Positions 18,978 through 28,875 of a stretch of 64,000 nt of DNA are shown here, piece by piece. The position numbers and the translations under genes were made by a program. The DNA comes from an archaeon (GTDB lineage Archaea; Nanobdellota; Nanobdellia; Pacearchaeales; DTIR01): assembly GCA_043799715.1 (NCBI GenBank), contig JAZDNM010000003.1, positions 288,270 to 352,269 of the forward strand, in the 5' to 3' direction. Within the stretch, counting starts at the first letter, position 1. Each line of letters begins with the position of its first letter. The notes beneath the pieces are model-generated. The model did no database searches and was not told where the DNA came from. It saw nothing but the letters and a program-made list of their open reading frames with translations.

Positions 18978-20959
18978 TTTCGGAGGATGCTGAGAATCAG
19001 GCTGTAAAATTCTGGATATTTGGATGTGTCAATCAGCTCGCCGTGAAGAAGGTTTATTCCTGAGCAGCTGCCGTTTAGGATGTAGTTTTTTGCATTGCTG
19101 AGGAACGCGTTTTCCTCGAGCACAATGCCGTCTCCTTCTCCCTTGTCCATTGCGCATCCTGTCCCGAATATGTTGAATATCCTTGATTCATCCAGGCCAG
19201 AGGGCTCTGAATTAAGCTTATTGAGGAACAGGCTATCAGAGCCCATATCCCTGCATTCAATGTTTGAGCCAAGCACAGAGCAGTATTTCTCAACATTCCC
19301 TGTTAATCCTTTGTTTGGCGAATTGACAAGAATGAGCTTGTTAACGCTTGAATTGCCGAAAAGCTGCACGTATCTCCTTGCAACCAAGCCTCCCATGCTG
19401 TGCGCGACAATTATCACTTTGTCCTGTCCTGTTTCATATTTCACATTTTCTATTATATCCCTGAGCTTTATTGAGTATGTCTCAATGCTCTCGCTTTTTG
19501 TCTGCACTGGAATGTAGATGCCTTGTGTTTTCAGCACATCAAAATAATAGCTTGCCCTGAATGTTACAGCTAGTCCAGATAACCCCAGCATTCCTGAGGA
19601 TTCTCTCTTCTGTGTTGAAAGAGAAATTTCCCCTGCGTTCAGGTATTTTGGCTCAAGCTTTTTCTGTAAGTCAGAAAAAGCATTCAGGCTGTAAAATGCA
19701 GAAACATCCTTGTTAAAATCATGCCCATGCAGGAATATTACCGGATATGCCGCCTTGTTTATGATGCATCTGCTGCATGTCCCGAAAACACAGCACTCTG
19801 ATTTTGGAACAGGCATTGTGAAACTTTGTTCCTTGATGCTGTAATTAATGAATGTCCTGTTGATGCCCGAGTTTATTGTATCATTGACTTTGTAGAGGGT
19901 TTCATTGCCTGTGTATGCCATGAATCCCTGCAGGTTAACGCTCAAGATATTTAACGCGATTTCCTGCTTTTTCATAAGATTTTTTTCTGCGTTGAAATCA
20001 GCAAGCATTGCATTAAAATCAGAGATAACTGCTGACAATCTGGAGGCATTGGCTGAATTCAGCTCAATGTTCCTCAATTCACCGAGTTTCTGTGCATGCT
20101 CCAGTATGCTTGCAGCAAGTGAATTGTAAAGCGAGATATTTGATGATGCTGTTGAATTAATCTCATCAAAAATTTCCTGAAGAGGAATTATGCTCTTGTC
20201 AAGATTATTTATCCCGGATTCAGCTTCCGGGAAATCATAATTCTGCCATGCTTCAACTGCACCGGCAAGAATGAGCATTGCATTAACTGCTTTTTCCCTG
20301 GCTGTCCTGACTTGTTTCCAAAATCCGGGAATTTCAACAACTTCATTTGCCTTGTCAATATCAGATGCAAGATCCTCAATGCTTGCATTTGCCTTGAGAA
20401 GAAGAACTGCATCAGAAGATATAATCCCCTTTTGTTTCTCATGTCTTGACATCTCCTCTGAACTTGGGAAATATTCCATTGTAAGCAGGAAGTTCCTTGT
20501 TGTTGGAATTTCATCTGTATGGCAGAGAAAGCTTCTTGCTGTTTTGCATGTAACACTGAAGCGGTAAAGCTTCTGCCCTGTGCCTGAAAACTGCTGCTCC
20601 ATATTATATGCTTTTCTTTTTGTCAGCGCGGAGTTCGAGGAGAAATTGTCAGTTTCGATGCTTGTGTTTCTGCTTATGTCAAAGAAAAGAGACTCGCATG
20701 AAATCCTGCACAAGGGGCTGGCAACAGCGCTTGTGTCAAAATTAACAGTTTCATTTTCGCCATGAACAAGCAGGATATCCTGCTTGTCTGCTGTCATGCT
20801 CAGCACAATGTCATTGCCTGTTACAAACCTGACATACAAAATCACCTGCGTTATTGCAAGCGCGAGAATAATTATCCCTGCAACAAGAAAAATAATCTTC
20901 AGCAGATGCTTCCTTGAAAAATCAGCAGAAATCTTGATAATATCCCCTTTTTTCTTCAT
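18974..20959 (-). CDS. Membrane-anchored alpha/beta hydrolase (lipase/esterase) on a coiled-coil stalk
   Basis: N-terminal TM, PVIFLHG, nucleophile elbow AHSMGG, GDGIV, C-terminal His. Confidence 0.85.
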   Translation of the reverse strand: MKKKGDIIKISADFSRKHLLKIIFLVAGIIILALAITQVILYVRFVTGNDIVLSMTADKQDILLVHGENETVNFDTSAVASPLCRISCESLFFDISRNTSIETDNFSSNSALTKRKAYNMEQQFSGTGQKLYRFSVTCKTARSFLCHTDEIPTTRNFLLTMEYFPSSEEMSRHEKQKGIISSDAVLLLKANASIEDLASDIDKANEVVEIPGFWKQVRTAREKAVNAMLILAGAVEAWQNYDFPEAESGINNLDKSIIPLQEIFDEINSTASSNISLYNSLAASILEHAQKLGELRNIELNSANASRLSAVISDFNAMLADFNAEKNLMKKQEIALNILSVNLQGFMAYTGNETLYKVNDTINSGINRTFINYSIKEQSFTMPVPKSECCVFGTCSRCIINKAAYPVIFLHGHDFNKDVSAFYSLNAFSDLQKKLEPKYLNAGEISLSTQKRESSGMLGLSGLAVTFRASYYFDVLKTQGIYIPVQTKSESIETYSIKLRDIIENVKYETGQDKVIIVAHSMGGLVARRYVQLFGNSSVNKLILVNSPNKGLTGNVEKYCSVLGSNIECRDMGSDSLFLNKLNSEPSGLDESRIFNIFGTGCAMDKGEGDGIVLEENAFLSNAKNYILNGSCSGINLLHGELIDTSKYPEFYSLILSILRK

Positions 20960-21064
20960 GGAAAGATTACGGCAGGGGCATATAAAAATTTTTGTAATCG
21001 AAGATTTGCCTGAAATAAACAGGTTTAAATATTCCTGAAGATTAATGCGTTTGAAGGGGGGATA

Positions 21065-21298
21065 ATGGAAATTTCATCTATTGGCTTGGCTGTGATAGTC
21101 ATTGCATGGCTTGCCCAGCTTTTTTATTCCTGGAACGGCAAAAAGGAGATAAGAAGAGAATTCCTTGCGCTTTATATAACAGGAGTGCTTGTTCTTGTCC
21201 TTGATGGATTATTGAACAGCGGCAAGAACCCATGGATTGACTTGGCAAGCATGTTTATTGCGCTGCTGATTCTTGCGAGAATAAGCAAGAAGAAGTAA
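21065..21298 (+). CDS. Small 3-TM protein (PQ-loop/SemiSWEET-like topology)
   Basis: 77 aa, three hydrophobic helices, AWLAQL at the PQ position. Confidence 0.5.
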   Translation: MEISSIGLAVIVIAWLAQLFYSWNGKKEIRREFLALYITGVLVLVLDGLLNSGKNPWIDLASMFIALLILARISKKK

Positions 21299-21328
21299 GT
21301 TTTTATAGTTCCTGTTTCTCAGCAAATA

Positions 21329-21619
21329 ATGGAAGGCATAGAGAAAGCTCTGGAAAATAATGAGCCAGGCAGGCTTGAGAGATTTCTAAACACAGCAGTA
21401 TGGGACTGCAACGGCATAATACTTGCAGGGCTTGTGAATTTTGGCATTATTATCGGGATGTCAGGCGCAGAAGCAATTGGCTCTGCACTGCATTTCAACA
21501 GTGATTATCTTCCGATTGGGATTGCTGCGGCAAGCGCTGCTGAATTTTATATCTTGAAGAATGCTGCAAAAAAGATGATAAAATCATCTTATGCAAAGAA
21601 TTCTGATGCTGCAGCATAA
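21329..21619 (+). CDS. Small 2-TM hypothetical protein
   Basis: ORF after a TATA-like TTTTATA. Confidence 0.6.
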   Translation: MEGIEKALENNEPGRLERFLNTAVWDCNGIILAGLVNFGIIIGMSGAEAIGSALHFNSDYLPIGIAAASAAEFYILKNAAKKMIKSSYAKNSDAAA

Positions 21620-21779
21620 AGGGTTTGTTAAAATTTAGCGGCTTTTAATCAGTAAAAGCCACATTTTATTAACAAACCCCAGCATAAATAAATTTAAAAA
21701 CTTCAGTTTTCTCTGAAATTAACCAAAAGATTTCTAAGGTTGAGAGGGAATTCAAATAAAAAGGAGTGAAAAAGCAAAA

Positions 21780-21959
21780 ATGGCAAAGAAGTGCGTTTAC
21801 TGCAAGGCAGAGGTTGAATCGAATTCTGTTGTTGACATGTGCGAGAGATGCATGCACGGCGTGTGGGGCGAGAAAATGACTGACTTAATCGTGTCAAGAA
21901 TGCAGGAAGAGAAAGCAAAGGGCAATCTTGAGCTTGGCAGGGTTAGCGGGGATATTTAG
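21780..21959 (+). CDS. Small zinc-binding protein (59 aa, missing from the ORF track)
   Basis: MAKKCVYCKAEVESNSVVDMCERCMHGVWG...; two CxxC pairs; SD-like GGAGTGA upstream. Confidence 0.75.
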   Translation: MAKKCVYCKAEVESNSVVDMCERCMHGVWGEKMTDLIVSRMQEEKAKGNLELGRVSGDI

Positions 21960-22041
21960 AAGTTCCTGGGGGTAATTGGCAGTTCTGCGGGATGATTTCC
22001 TCAAAGCCCTTTCCGGAAGAATTTAAATATTTCAATGCATT

Positions 22042-23082
22042 ATGAATTTAATGGATGCGGGATTAAATGCTGAACCGCTGAGCAGGGAAGAAATCCAGAA
22101 AATTCTTGATGACAATCTGAGAGACAAGATTATTGCAACAATAGAGCAGGGCTACAGGATAAGATTTCCGAGAGCTGAATTTTCCATGCCTGAAAACTGC
22201 CTGCTGCTGATATACTCCTTTAAAGATATAAAAAAGATTCCGGATGAACAGCTCGGGAAAATTATTTCAGGAGCTGAAAAAATTGAGGATTCTAACAAGA
22301 AGCTGATTGATGAATGGTATAACATCAGCACATACAGATATTTCAATGAAATAAACAGGCTGGACAGCGCAATCACGCTTGCGCAGAGCCATGGATTCGT
22401 TGATATTGCCAGAAAAATGAAGAAAAAGCTGAAAGAGTGGAATGACAAGCTCTTGTGGCTTGATATGAATGAATTGCTCAAGAAACAGCTGGAATATTAC
22501 TACAATGAGAAAGGCGACAGGCTTGATAATTTAAATAAGATTATCAACGGGGATACAACAGGCGCAAGATTGAGGTTTGGCTGCATTGAGGCTTTTGTGC
22601 CTTTGAGCTGCTACAATGAGGGCATGCTTTCACAAAGTTATGAGGCAAACAAGGGATTTTTTAAGGATTTGAAGAATGCTTACAAATTTGCAGAAGAGCT
22701 CAGGGGAAATTGGAAGATTTCAAAATCAGCAGGAATAGCTTACACTGATGAAGTTATTGAGTGCTGGGGCTCTGGCTTTGTCAAGGCAGCAGGCAGGAAG
22801 ATAGGGCTTGAGGCAAAAATCAGGAAGAATGGGATGATGGATGAGTTTGACTGCCTTATGAGAACGCAGCACATCCCTATAAAAAGAGAAGAGGTGCTGA
22901 AAAAAGGAAGAACGCTTCTTTATGATTACGGATTCAGGGAACTCAAGAAAAATTTTGTCGCTGTGAAGGACGAGAGCACATTCACTGCATTCTACAGCAG
23001 TTGCAGAAGATTCCAATTTATGGGAACAGCAGAGGAAATGGAAAGCGAAGTCCCGAGATTTCTCGAGGCAGTTCTTGATTGA
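22042..23082 (+). CDS. Hypothetical protein
   Basis: 346-aa ORF after TTTAAATA. Confidence 0.7.
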   Translation: MNLMDAGLNAEPLSREEIQKILDDNLRDKIIATIEQGYRIRFPRAEFSMPENCLLLIYSFKDIKKIPDEQLGKIISGAEKIEDSNKKLIDEWYNISTYRYFNEINRLDSAITLAQSHGFVDIARKMKKKLKEWNDKLLWLDMNELLKKQLEYYYNEKGDRLDNLNKIINGDTTGARLRFGCIEAFVPLSCYNEGMLSQSYEANKGFFKDLKNAYKFAEELRGNWKISKSAGIAYTDEVIECWGSGFVKAAGRKIGLEAKIRKNGMMDEFDCLMRTQHIPIKREEVLKKGRTLLYDYGFRELKKNFVAVKDESTFTAFYSSCRRFQFMGTAEEMESEVPRFLEAVLD

Positions 23083-23104
23083 TTCATCGCCTAATTTTAT
23101 TTTT

Positions 23105-23785
23105 TTATCCTGAGAACCCAAAAATCTTTCCTATTATGAATCCTGCCAAAGCCGCGAGCATGCCGATAATCATAAGCTGGATGCCCTTGAAAAAGACATT
23201 TCCCACTGTCATCTTTGCCTCTATCGCGCCTGTTATGAAAAGTGCAACTGCAGAAACTGCCAGCGACAGGATTATTGCGTTGTTTATAGTCATGAAAAAG
23301 AACGGAGTCAGTGGTATGAATGAGCCTATGAACGCAGCAGTCATAACAATAAAAGCAGCTTTTAGAGGGCTCACAAATTCCTTTGTCAACCCAAGCTCCT
23401 CTTTCATCATCACGTCAAGCCATCTTTCCTTGCTTGATGTTATGTTCCTGACAATTGCATTGAGCAGACTGCCTTTAAATCCCCTTTTCCTGTATAGGTC
23501 ATAGATTTCTTCCCTCTCAACTTTGGGAAAATGCTTCATTTCATATCTTTCTCTTGCCTCTTCGCTGCGGTAATAATCCTGAACTGCCCTTGTTGATGTG
23601 AACGCAACAGCGCCCATTGATATTGATTCTGCGAATGTTGCAGCCAATCCCGCGATAATTACAATTTTAACGTCATGGGTTGCAACAGCCAATCCGAGAA
23701 TTATGCCAAGAACATTAACCAGTCCGTCCTGCCCGCCAAGAATGAACTCCCTGAACAAGGACGCTATCTTGCTGTGCTTTTCCAT
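23105..23785 (-). CDS. VIT1/CCC1 family Fe/Mn transporter
   Basis: REFILGGQDGLV, AESISMG, DVMMKEELGL. Confidence 0.92.
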   Translation of the reverse strand: MEKHSKIASLFREFILGGQDGLVNVLGIILGLAVATHDVKIVIIAGLAATFAESISMGAVAFTSTRAVQDYYRSEEARERYEMKHFPKVEREEIYDLYRKRGFKGSLLNAIVRNITSSKERWLDVMMKEELGLTKEFVSPLKAAFIVMTAAFIGSFIPLTPFFFMTINNAIILSLAVSAVALFITGAIEAKMTVGNVFFKGIQLMIIGMLAALAGFIIGKIFGFSG

Positions 23786-23848
23786 AATCTTCCTCCTTTT
23801 TTCAAGTGCAAAGTGCATCTTAATAAAAGCAAAATCAGATATAAAAAC

Positions 23849-24097
23849 TTATTCCTGCTTGAGAGTCAAGAAATATTCTTTCAGAATGCTGTTCAGCTTC
23901 TCAGCATCCTGCTTTCTGCAGGTAACTCCCAACTTGTTTGAGGAGTTGTTCAGCATTGTAATCTGGAAATTTATGCCTGAAAAATAACTGCTGTTTTTTC
24001 TTCTCTCTTTTTCAAGCTGCTCTGATGCGTTGTATGCGTTTATTGGGACGTCAAACTCAAGCTCGCATTCATTTCCCAGTTCTGATTCAAGACTCAT
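23849..24097 (-). CDS. Hypothetical protein
   Basis: 82-aa ORF. Confidence 0.55.
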   Translation of the reverse strand: MSLESELGNECELEFDVPINAYNASEQLEKERRKNSSYFSGINFQITMLNNSSNKLGVTCRKQDAEKLNSILKEYFLTLKQE

Positions 24098-24183
24098 TTT
24101 TTTAAGTACCAGAAATTCTCTGGCTAGAAATCACCTCTTGATTTTTATGGGCATGGGAAGTTTAAGAAGTTTGCTGTTATTGT

Positions 24184-24338
24184 TATCTCTATCTCTGCTC
24201 CTGTTTTCCTGGCAGGGTTTCGGCAGGGGATTTTCTTTAATCAGGGGGATTTCTTTCAGGGCTCAATAGGGCGGGTGGGGCAGGGCATTTCTCTTTTTTG
24301 GGATGAATGAGGGCGAGCCCCCGCAGGGGCGAGCTCTT
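24184..24338 (+). repeat. G-rich dispersed repeat, copy 1, ending in a tandem-GA hairpin (24309-24338)
   Basis: ATCTCTGCTCC..TTTTCC.GGCAGGGTT...GATTTCTTT...ATAGGGCGGGTGGG aligns with the copies at 41835 and 42581. Confidence 0.85.
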
Positions 24339-24380
24339 GGGCGCAGTTAGCTTTTTATATCACTGAATTTTATTCTGAAG

Positions 24381-25112
24381 ATGATGAATGTCCTGATGAT
24401 GATTATGCTCAGCACTTTTGCTGTGAGCGCGATTTCTTTTATTGGGATTCTGAGTTTTATGCTGAAAAGGAAAATTCTTGACAGCCTGCTTCTTGTGCTT
24501 GTTGCGCTTTCTGCAGGAGTTCTGATAGGCGGAGCATTCTTGCATCTCATTCCCGAGGCATTGGGAATGATTGAAGCAAATTTGGTTTTCCTTTATGTCC
24601 TGCTGGGATTTGCCATCTTCTTTGTTTTGGAGAAGGTTCTGCACTGGAGGCACTGCCATACAGACAACTGCTCTGTGCATTCATTCGCATACATGAACCT
24701 ATATGGAGATGCACTGCACAACTTCCTTGACGGAGTGATAATAGCAGGAAGTTTTGTTGCTGGAGTTCCTCTAGGAATAACAACAACCCTTGCAGTTGCC
24801 CTGCACGAAATTCCGCAAGAAATAAGTGATTTTGGTGTTTTGGTTTACGGCGGATTCAAGAGAAAGAAAGCATTGCTTATGAATTTCGCAACTGCGCTGA
24901 CAGCAATGCTTGGGGGAATAATAGGATTTATGCTTTCAAGCTATACAGCGAAAGCAATTCCATTGCTGCTTTCAATCGCAGCAGGCGGCTTTCTCTACAT
25001 CTCTGCATCAGACCTTGTCCCGGAGTTGCATAAGGAAAAATCGCTGAAAAAAGCAATGATTGCATTTGCATTTTTTGTTTTTGGCATCTTGATAATGATT
25101 TTCTCTGCCTGA
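24381..25112 (+). CDS. ZIP family zinc transporter
   Basis: HLIPEA, His-rich loop HWRHCH, LHNFLDG, LHEIPQE. Confidence 0.93.
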   Translation: MMNVLMMIMLSTFAVSAISFIGILSFMLKRKILDSLLLVLVALSAGVLIGGAFLHLIPEALGMIEANLVFLYVLLGFAIFFVLEKVLHWRHCHTDNCSVHSFAYMNLYGDALHNFLDGVIIAGSFVAGVPLGITTTLAVALHEIPQEISDFGVLVYGGFKRKKALLMNFATALTAMLGGIIGFMLSSYTAKAIPLLLSIAAGGFLYISASDLVPELHKEKSLKKAMIAFAFFVFGILIMIFSA

Positions 25113-25163
25113 GATTTCTGATTTATTCAGCAGGCTTTTAAATGCAGTTTCGCTTATTTTTTG

Positions 25164-25994
25164 ATGAGGGTAAGATACGAGTTCTCGTCAAGGAGAACAG
25201 GCAGGATTGAAGGCACAAACAAGCACAGGAAGTCCTATCCTTCTGTTGCAAGGGAAGTCATAAGAATATCCGACATAGTTCTCGAGATTCTTGACGCAAG
25301 GTTCATTGAAGAGACAAGAAACAGCGAGTTTGAAGCCCTTGCCGAGAAATCCGGCAAGAAAATTGTTTATGTTCTCAATAAAGCTGACTTAGTCGACATC
25401 AATGAGATAAAAAGGAAGATTGAACTGCAGAACATGCAGCCATATGTGTTTGTCTCGTGCAAGACAAGAGAGGGAATTTCTGACCTGAGGGACAAGATAA
25501 AAATTGAAGTAAAAAAATTAAGCATGAAATACAAAAGAGCGCATGTTGGAGTGATAGGCTATCCCAACACAGGCAAGAGCTCTGTCATAAACATGCTTGT
25601 AGGCAGGCCTGTCGCAAGGACAGCAGCAGAGGCGGGCTTCACAAGGGGAGTGCAGAAGCTCAGGCTTGCAACAGGCATACTGATTCTTGACACTCCTGGA
25701 GTTATTCCTGAAAAAGAAACAGGAACTGATAAAAGGAATGTTGAGAAGCACAGCCAGATAGGGGTAAAGACATGGGACAAAGTCAAGGAGCCTGAGATGA
25801 TTGTCTTTGGATTAATGAAAAAATACCCTGAGATTGAGAAATACTATGGTATTGAATGTGCTGGGGATGTTGAAGTGCTTATTGAAAATCTTGGGAGAAA
25901 ATTGAATTTTTTGAGAAAAGGCGGCATTGTTGATAACGACAAGACCGCAAGAAGAATTCTCAGGGACTGGCAGGAAGGAAAAATCACTTCCTGA
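25164..25994 (+). CDS. YlqF/RbgA-like circularly permuted GTPase
   Basis: LDAR, NKAD ahead of GYPNTGKSS, then DTPG. Confidence 0.92.
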   Translation: MRVRYEFSSRRTGRIEGTNKHRKSYPSVAREVIRISDIVLEILDARFIEETRNSEFEALAEKSGKKIVYVLNKADLVDINEIKRKIELQNMQPYVFVSCKTREGISDLRDKIKIEVKKLSMKYKRAHVGVIGYPNTGKSSVINMLVGRPVARTAAEAGFTRGVQKLRLATGILILDTPGVIPEKETGTDKRNVEKHSQIGVKTWDKVKEPEMIVFGLMKKYPEIEKYYGIECAGDVEVLIENLGRKLNFLRKGGIVDNDKTARRILRDWQEGKITS

Positions 25995-25995
25995 A

Positions 25996-26172
25996 TCAAA
26001 ACTCGTTGTCTTCCTCAAAATCTTCCTGCTCAATCTTATCCTCTTCAGAGGATGATTCCTGCTCTTCAAGCTTCTCTTCCTCTTTTGCGACATGAAGCTC
26101 TTTCACATTCTCCTTGGCAGTTTCCTTGAGAACTTCTGAGCTGTCTTTCCTGATTTGCTGCTTTTTTGCCAT
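25996..26172 (-). CDS. Small acidic protein (58 aa, missing from the ORF track)
   Basis: MAKKQQIRKDSSEVLKE...EEDNEF; TATA upstream. Confidence 0.6.
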   Translation of the reverse strand: MAKKQQIRKDSSEVLKETAKENVKELHVAKEEEKLEEQESSSEEDKIEQEDFEEDNEF

Positions 26173-26283
26173 GATTTATAGATAATGCCTGATTATAAAA
26201 AGTTTTGGCTGGGCTGCCTGATATGGGCGAGGATACTGGACATTGGAAAGAGTTAAAAATCCGTGTTTCCTATATAAAATAGA

Positions 26284-26418
26284 ATGACAAGAGAACTTAA
26301 AGATATACAGAAGGACTGGAATTTGAGAGTTAATGCCTCGCATAAAAAGGATGTCCTGAAAAAGCACAATAACAGGATAACTGCAAGGCAGAAAAAAATT
26401 GAAGCATCGCATCTGTAA
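26284..26418 (+). CDS. Small basic protein (44 aa, missing from the ORF track)
   Basis: MTRELKDIQKDWNLRV...; GAAAGAGTTAAAA promoter-like box upstream. Confidence 0.5.
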   Translation: MTRELKDIQKDWNLRVNASHKKDVLKKHNNRITARQKKIEASHL

Positions 26419-26439
26419 ACATCTGATTTCTTCAGTAAA

Positions 26440-28218
26440 TTAAAGAGAATAACCATAAACTGGCTGTTCTGAGTATGATTCAGGGTATTCAAGCTCTGCA
26501 GTATACAATCCATTTTTCTTCTTGAGCTGGGGATAAATCAAGCCGATTCCTGAAGGTATGTGCTTTGTCCTTGCCTCTATTTCCTGCTGCAGAGAATCTG
26601 TGAAGCAGTATTTCTGCTTCAGCTCTGCTGCTGCATTTTTGTTCCCTGAACTTTTGATATTGCCTATAATTGCAAGAAGCTCGTTTGCCGCCTTGTTTAT
26701 TTTTCCTGTGTCCATGCAAAATGCTGTTTTTCCGTTGCTGCCTGAATCTTTTCCCACTGCGCCTTTTTCAATAAAATAATGGTAAATCATGTTTCTTGCT
26801 TTCTGATGCGTCTGCTTTGGCTCATATTTCAAGTCAGTAACCATGTCAAGCAGGAATTCGTGATAAACAGCATCTGCTGCCTGGGAGCTTATCACTCCTT
26901 TTTTAACAATAAGAGGCAGGGCATAAAGAGTGAATAATTCTGCTCTTGACTCTTCAACAACAGAATATTCTTCCTGCAGAATTTCATTTGCTTCGATACC
27001 CTTGAATTTTTCTTCAAGAGTGCCTGTTGTGTGCCCAAGCTCATGCAAGGCGAAGTGAATCTCCTCTGCATCAGGCAGAAGTTTTTTGTAAAATGCCTGG
27101 TTTCCTATAAGAAATTCATCTGCCTCAAGGGATGTCATAACAGCATGCCTAGCTCTTGTAACATTCTTGTAAATTAGATTCACAGAGCCATAGTTCTCAA
27201 CAATAGAGTCCTCGTTTGGCAAGGACTGAGCAACAACAACGCCGTTGCCTTTCACATAGTCCCCTGTTCTGTTCAGGCAATTCACTGATTTTAATCTCGG
27301 AAGCTTTTTTCCTGATTTTGATTTTAAATCCCAAGGAGCATTCTTTTCAAGTTCAGGAAGATGCATCAGCATGCTGTCAAGCAGTTTCTCTGAACTCCTG
27401 TCAACAACCATAATATTGCCCAAAGCTGCCCCCCTGATTCCTTTCCATCCGTCAAGATAAACCTCTGTTGCAGTGCCCAGTATCAAGTCAATCCTGCTGT
27501 CATTTTTTATCCACGCCAAATCGCTTTCAAATCTTGAATTTGCGCTGCCTGATGCGAGTTCAGTTCTCTTTTTGCAAAGATAACTGCTCAGATAAGGATT
27601 TGCCGAGAAATCAATTGCATGCTCAAGGCACTTAATAACCGGCTCAAGCGCATCCCTGTATTTCTGTTCATTGATTTCAACTTCAAGATTATTTCCACGC
27701 CTGCTAACAGTGGAATTCACAATCTTTGCCTTTTCGCCAAGATTCTCAAACTCCTGCTCTGTCATGTCTTCTGGATAGAATTTAACTTTTTTTGAAAGAG
27801 TTAATGGCTCATAGAAAAATTTCTCAAGGGAATTGAATGAATCAAGCTGGTTTGACATTCTGGAGAGATTTTTCATCTCATCCCTTGGAATCTGGAGAAG
27901 ATGATTTTTTCTTGTTGTTGTCTCAAACGGGCTGTTCTGCATGTCAAGAATTGTTAAATAATCCTGAAGATGATTAAGCTGCCTGCTGTCTGCATAGTTC
28001 ATTGCTGATTTCACAAGTTCCCGAATTTTTGGGGTTGAATCCTCCATCTGACTCTGGAAAATAGGATTTATCCTGTCAACCGCCTCTGAAAGATTTCCAA
28101 GAATCTGAAGCTCGTCATGGCTGAACCCTGAAGCGTCAAAATCAACTGCTGTCACAACTGCTTTTCTTTCTGGCTCGTTGTGCTTGCTGAATGGTATGTA
28201 CTGGTTTTTCATTTTCAT
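26440..28218 (-). CDS. Dipeptidyl-peptidase III family (M49) metallopeptidase
   Basis: EVYLD, AQSLPNE, HELGH and EESRAE zinc motifs. Confidence 0.88.
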   Translation of the reverse strand: MKMKNQYIPFSKHNEPERKAVVTAVDFDASGFSHDELQILGNLSEAVDRINPIFQSQMEDSTPKIRELVKSAMNYADSRQLNHLQDYLTILDMQNSPFETTTRKNHLLQIPRDEMKNLSRMSNQLDSFNSLEKFFYEPLTLSKKVKFYPEDMTEQEFENLGEKAKIVNSTVSRRGNNLEVEINEQKYRDALEPVIKCLEHAIDFSANPYLSSYLCKKRTELASGSANSRFESDLAWIKNDSRIDLILGTATEVYLDGWKGIRGAALGNIMVVDRSSEKLLDSMLMHLPELEKNAPWDLKSKSGKKLPRLKSVNCLNRTGDYVKGNGVVVAQSLPNEDSIVENYGSVNLIYKNVTRARHAVMTSLEADEFLIGNQAFYKKLLPDAEEIHFALHELGHTTGTLEEKFKGIEANEILQEEYSVVEESRAELFTLYALPLIVKKGVISSQAADAVYHEFLLDMVTDLKYEPKQTHQKARNMIYHYFIEKGAVGKDSGSNGKTAFCMDTGKINKAANELLAIIGNIKSSGNKNAAAELKQKYCFTDSLQQEIEARTKHIPSGIGLIYPQLKKKNGLYTAELEYPESYSEQPVYGYSL

Positions 28219-28377
28219 TAGAACAAGCCGAGGCTTGCTATCACCCCTTGATTTACTGTTTGACTATCCTTATAAATATTTATCTCTAAGAAAATAACGA
28301 AGAGATAAGTGAGTCTTGATTTGATATCTATATCTTTATTTCACTGGGTTTTTATATTCAGATTAATTTTTTCTTTT

Positions 28378-28875
28378 ATGGCCGGGGTGAAAATCAATGT
28401 TTATTTCTCAAATATAGAAGTCCCAAAGAATGTCAAAACCACAACAACTGATGACGGGGTTGGCTACAATCCTCCTGTTTATTATGAGCATGTTGATTTA
28501 AGCAAATTTGTTAAGATTCCTGAAAATTGCTCTTTTGATATTTACAGGGATACTGCTGAGAAAAGCATGAAGGGGCATGCAGAGATAAAGCCCCATAACA
28601 ACCAACTAAAACTGACAGATATTCTAATGATTCCTGTTGAACTTGAAAAGAAGGGTTTTAGGTTTGAGAAAGAGTTTAGAGTTGAGCCATTTCTCTCTTT
28701 AAATCAGGGGGGCAGCAGCTGCACAAGAGAATATGAGATTAATAAGTGGAATGAAAAGAATGTAGCAGGGCTATGCAATATTATAAAAGATACTACAAAA
28801 GAAGATATAGAAGACCTCATCAAACTGAGAATAAAATATATTGTTGGAAGAACAAAGGGCTGCAGGATTATTTAG
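28378..28875 (+). CDS. Hypothetical protein
   Basis: ORF from MAGVKIN. Confidence 0.6.
   Translation: MAGVKINVYFSNIEVPKNVKTTTTDDGVGYNPPVYYEHVDLSKFVKIPENCSFDIYRDTAEKSMKGHAEIKPHNNQLKLTDILMIPVELEKKGFRFEKEFRVEPFLSLNQGGSSCTREYEINKWNEKNVAGLCNIIKDTTKEDIEDLIKLRIKYIVGRTKGCRII

Noticed and set aside
28224..28237. CAAGCC-GA-GGCTTG as a member of the GA hairpin family
   Set aside because: Only one GA and no inner stem; it may be a collapsed copy but is too short to support.
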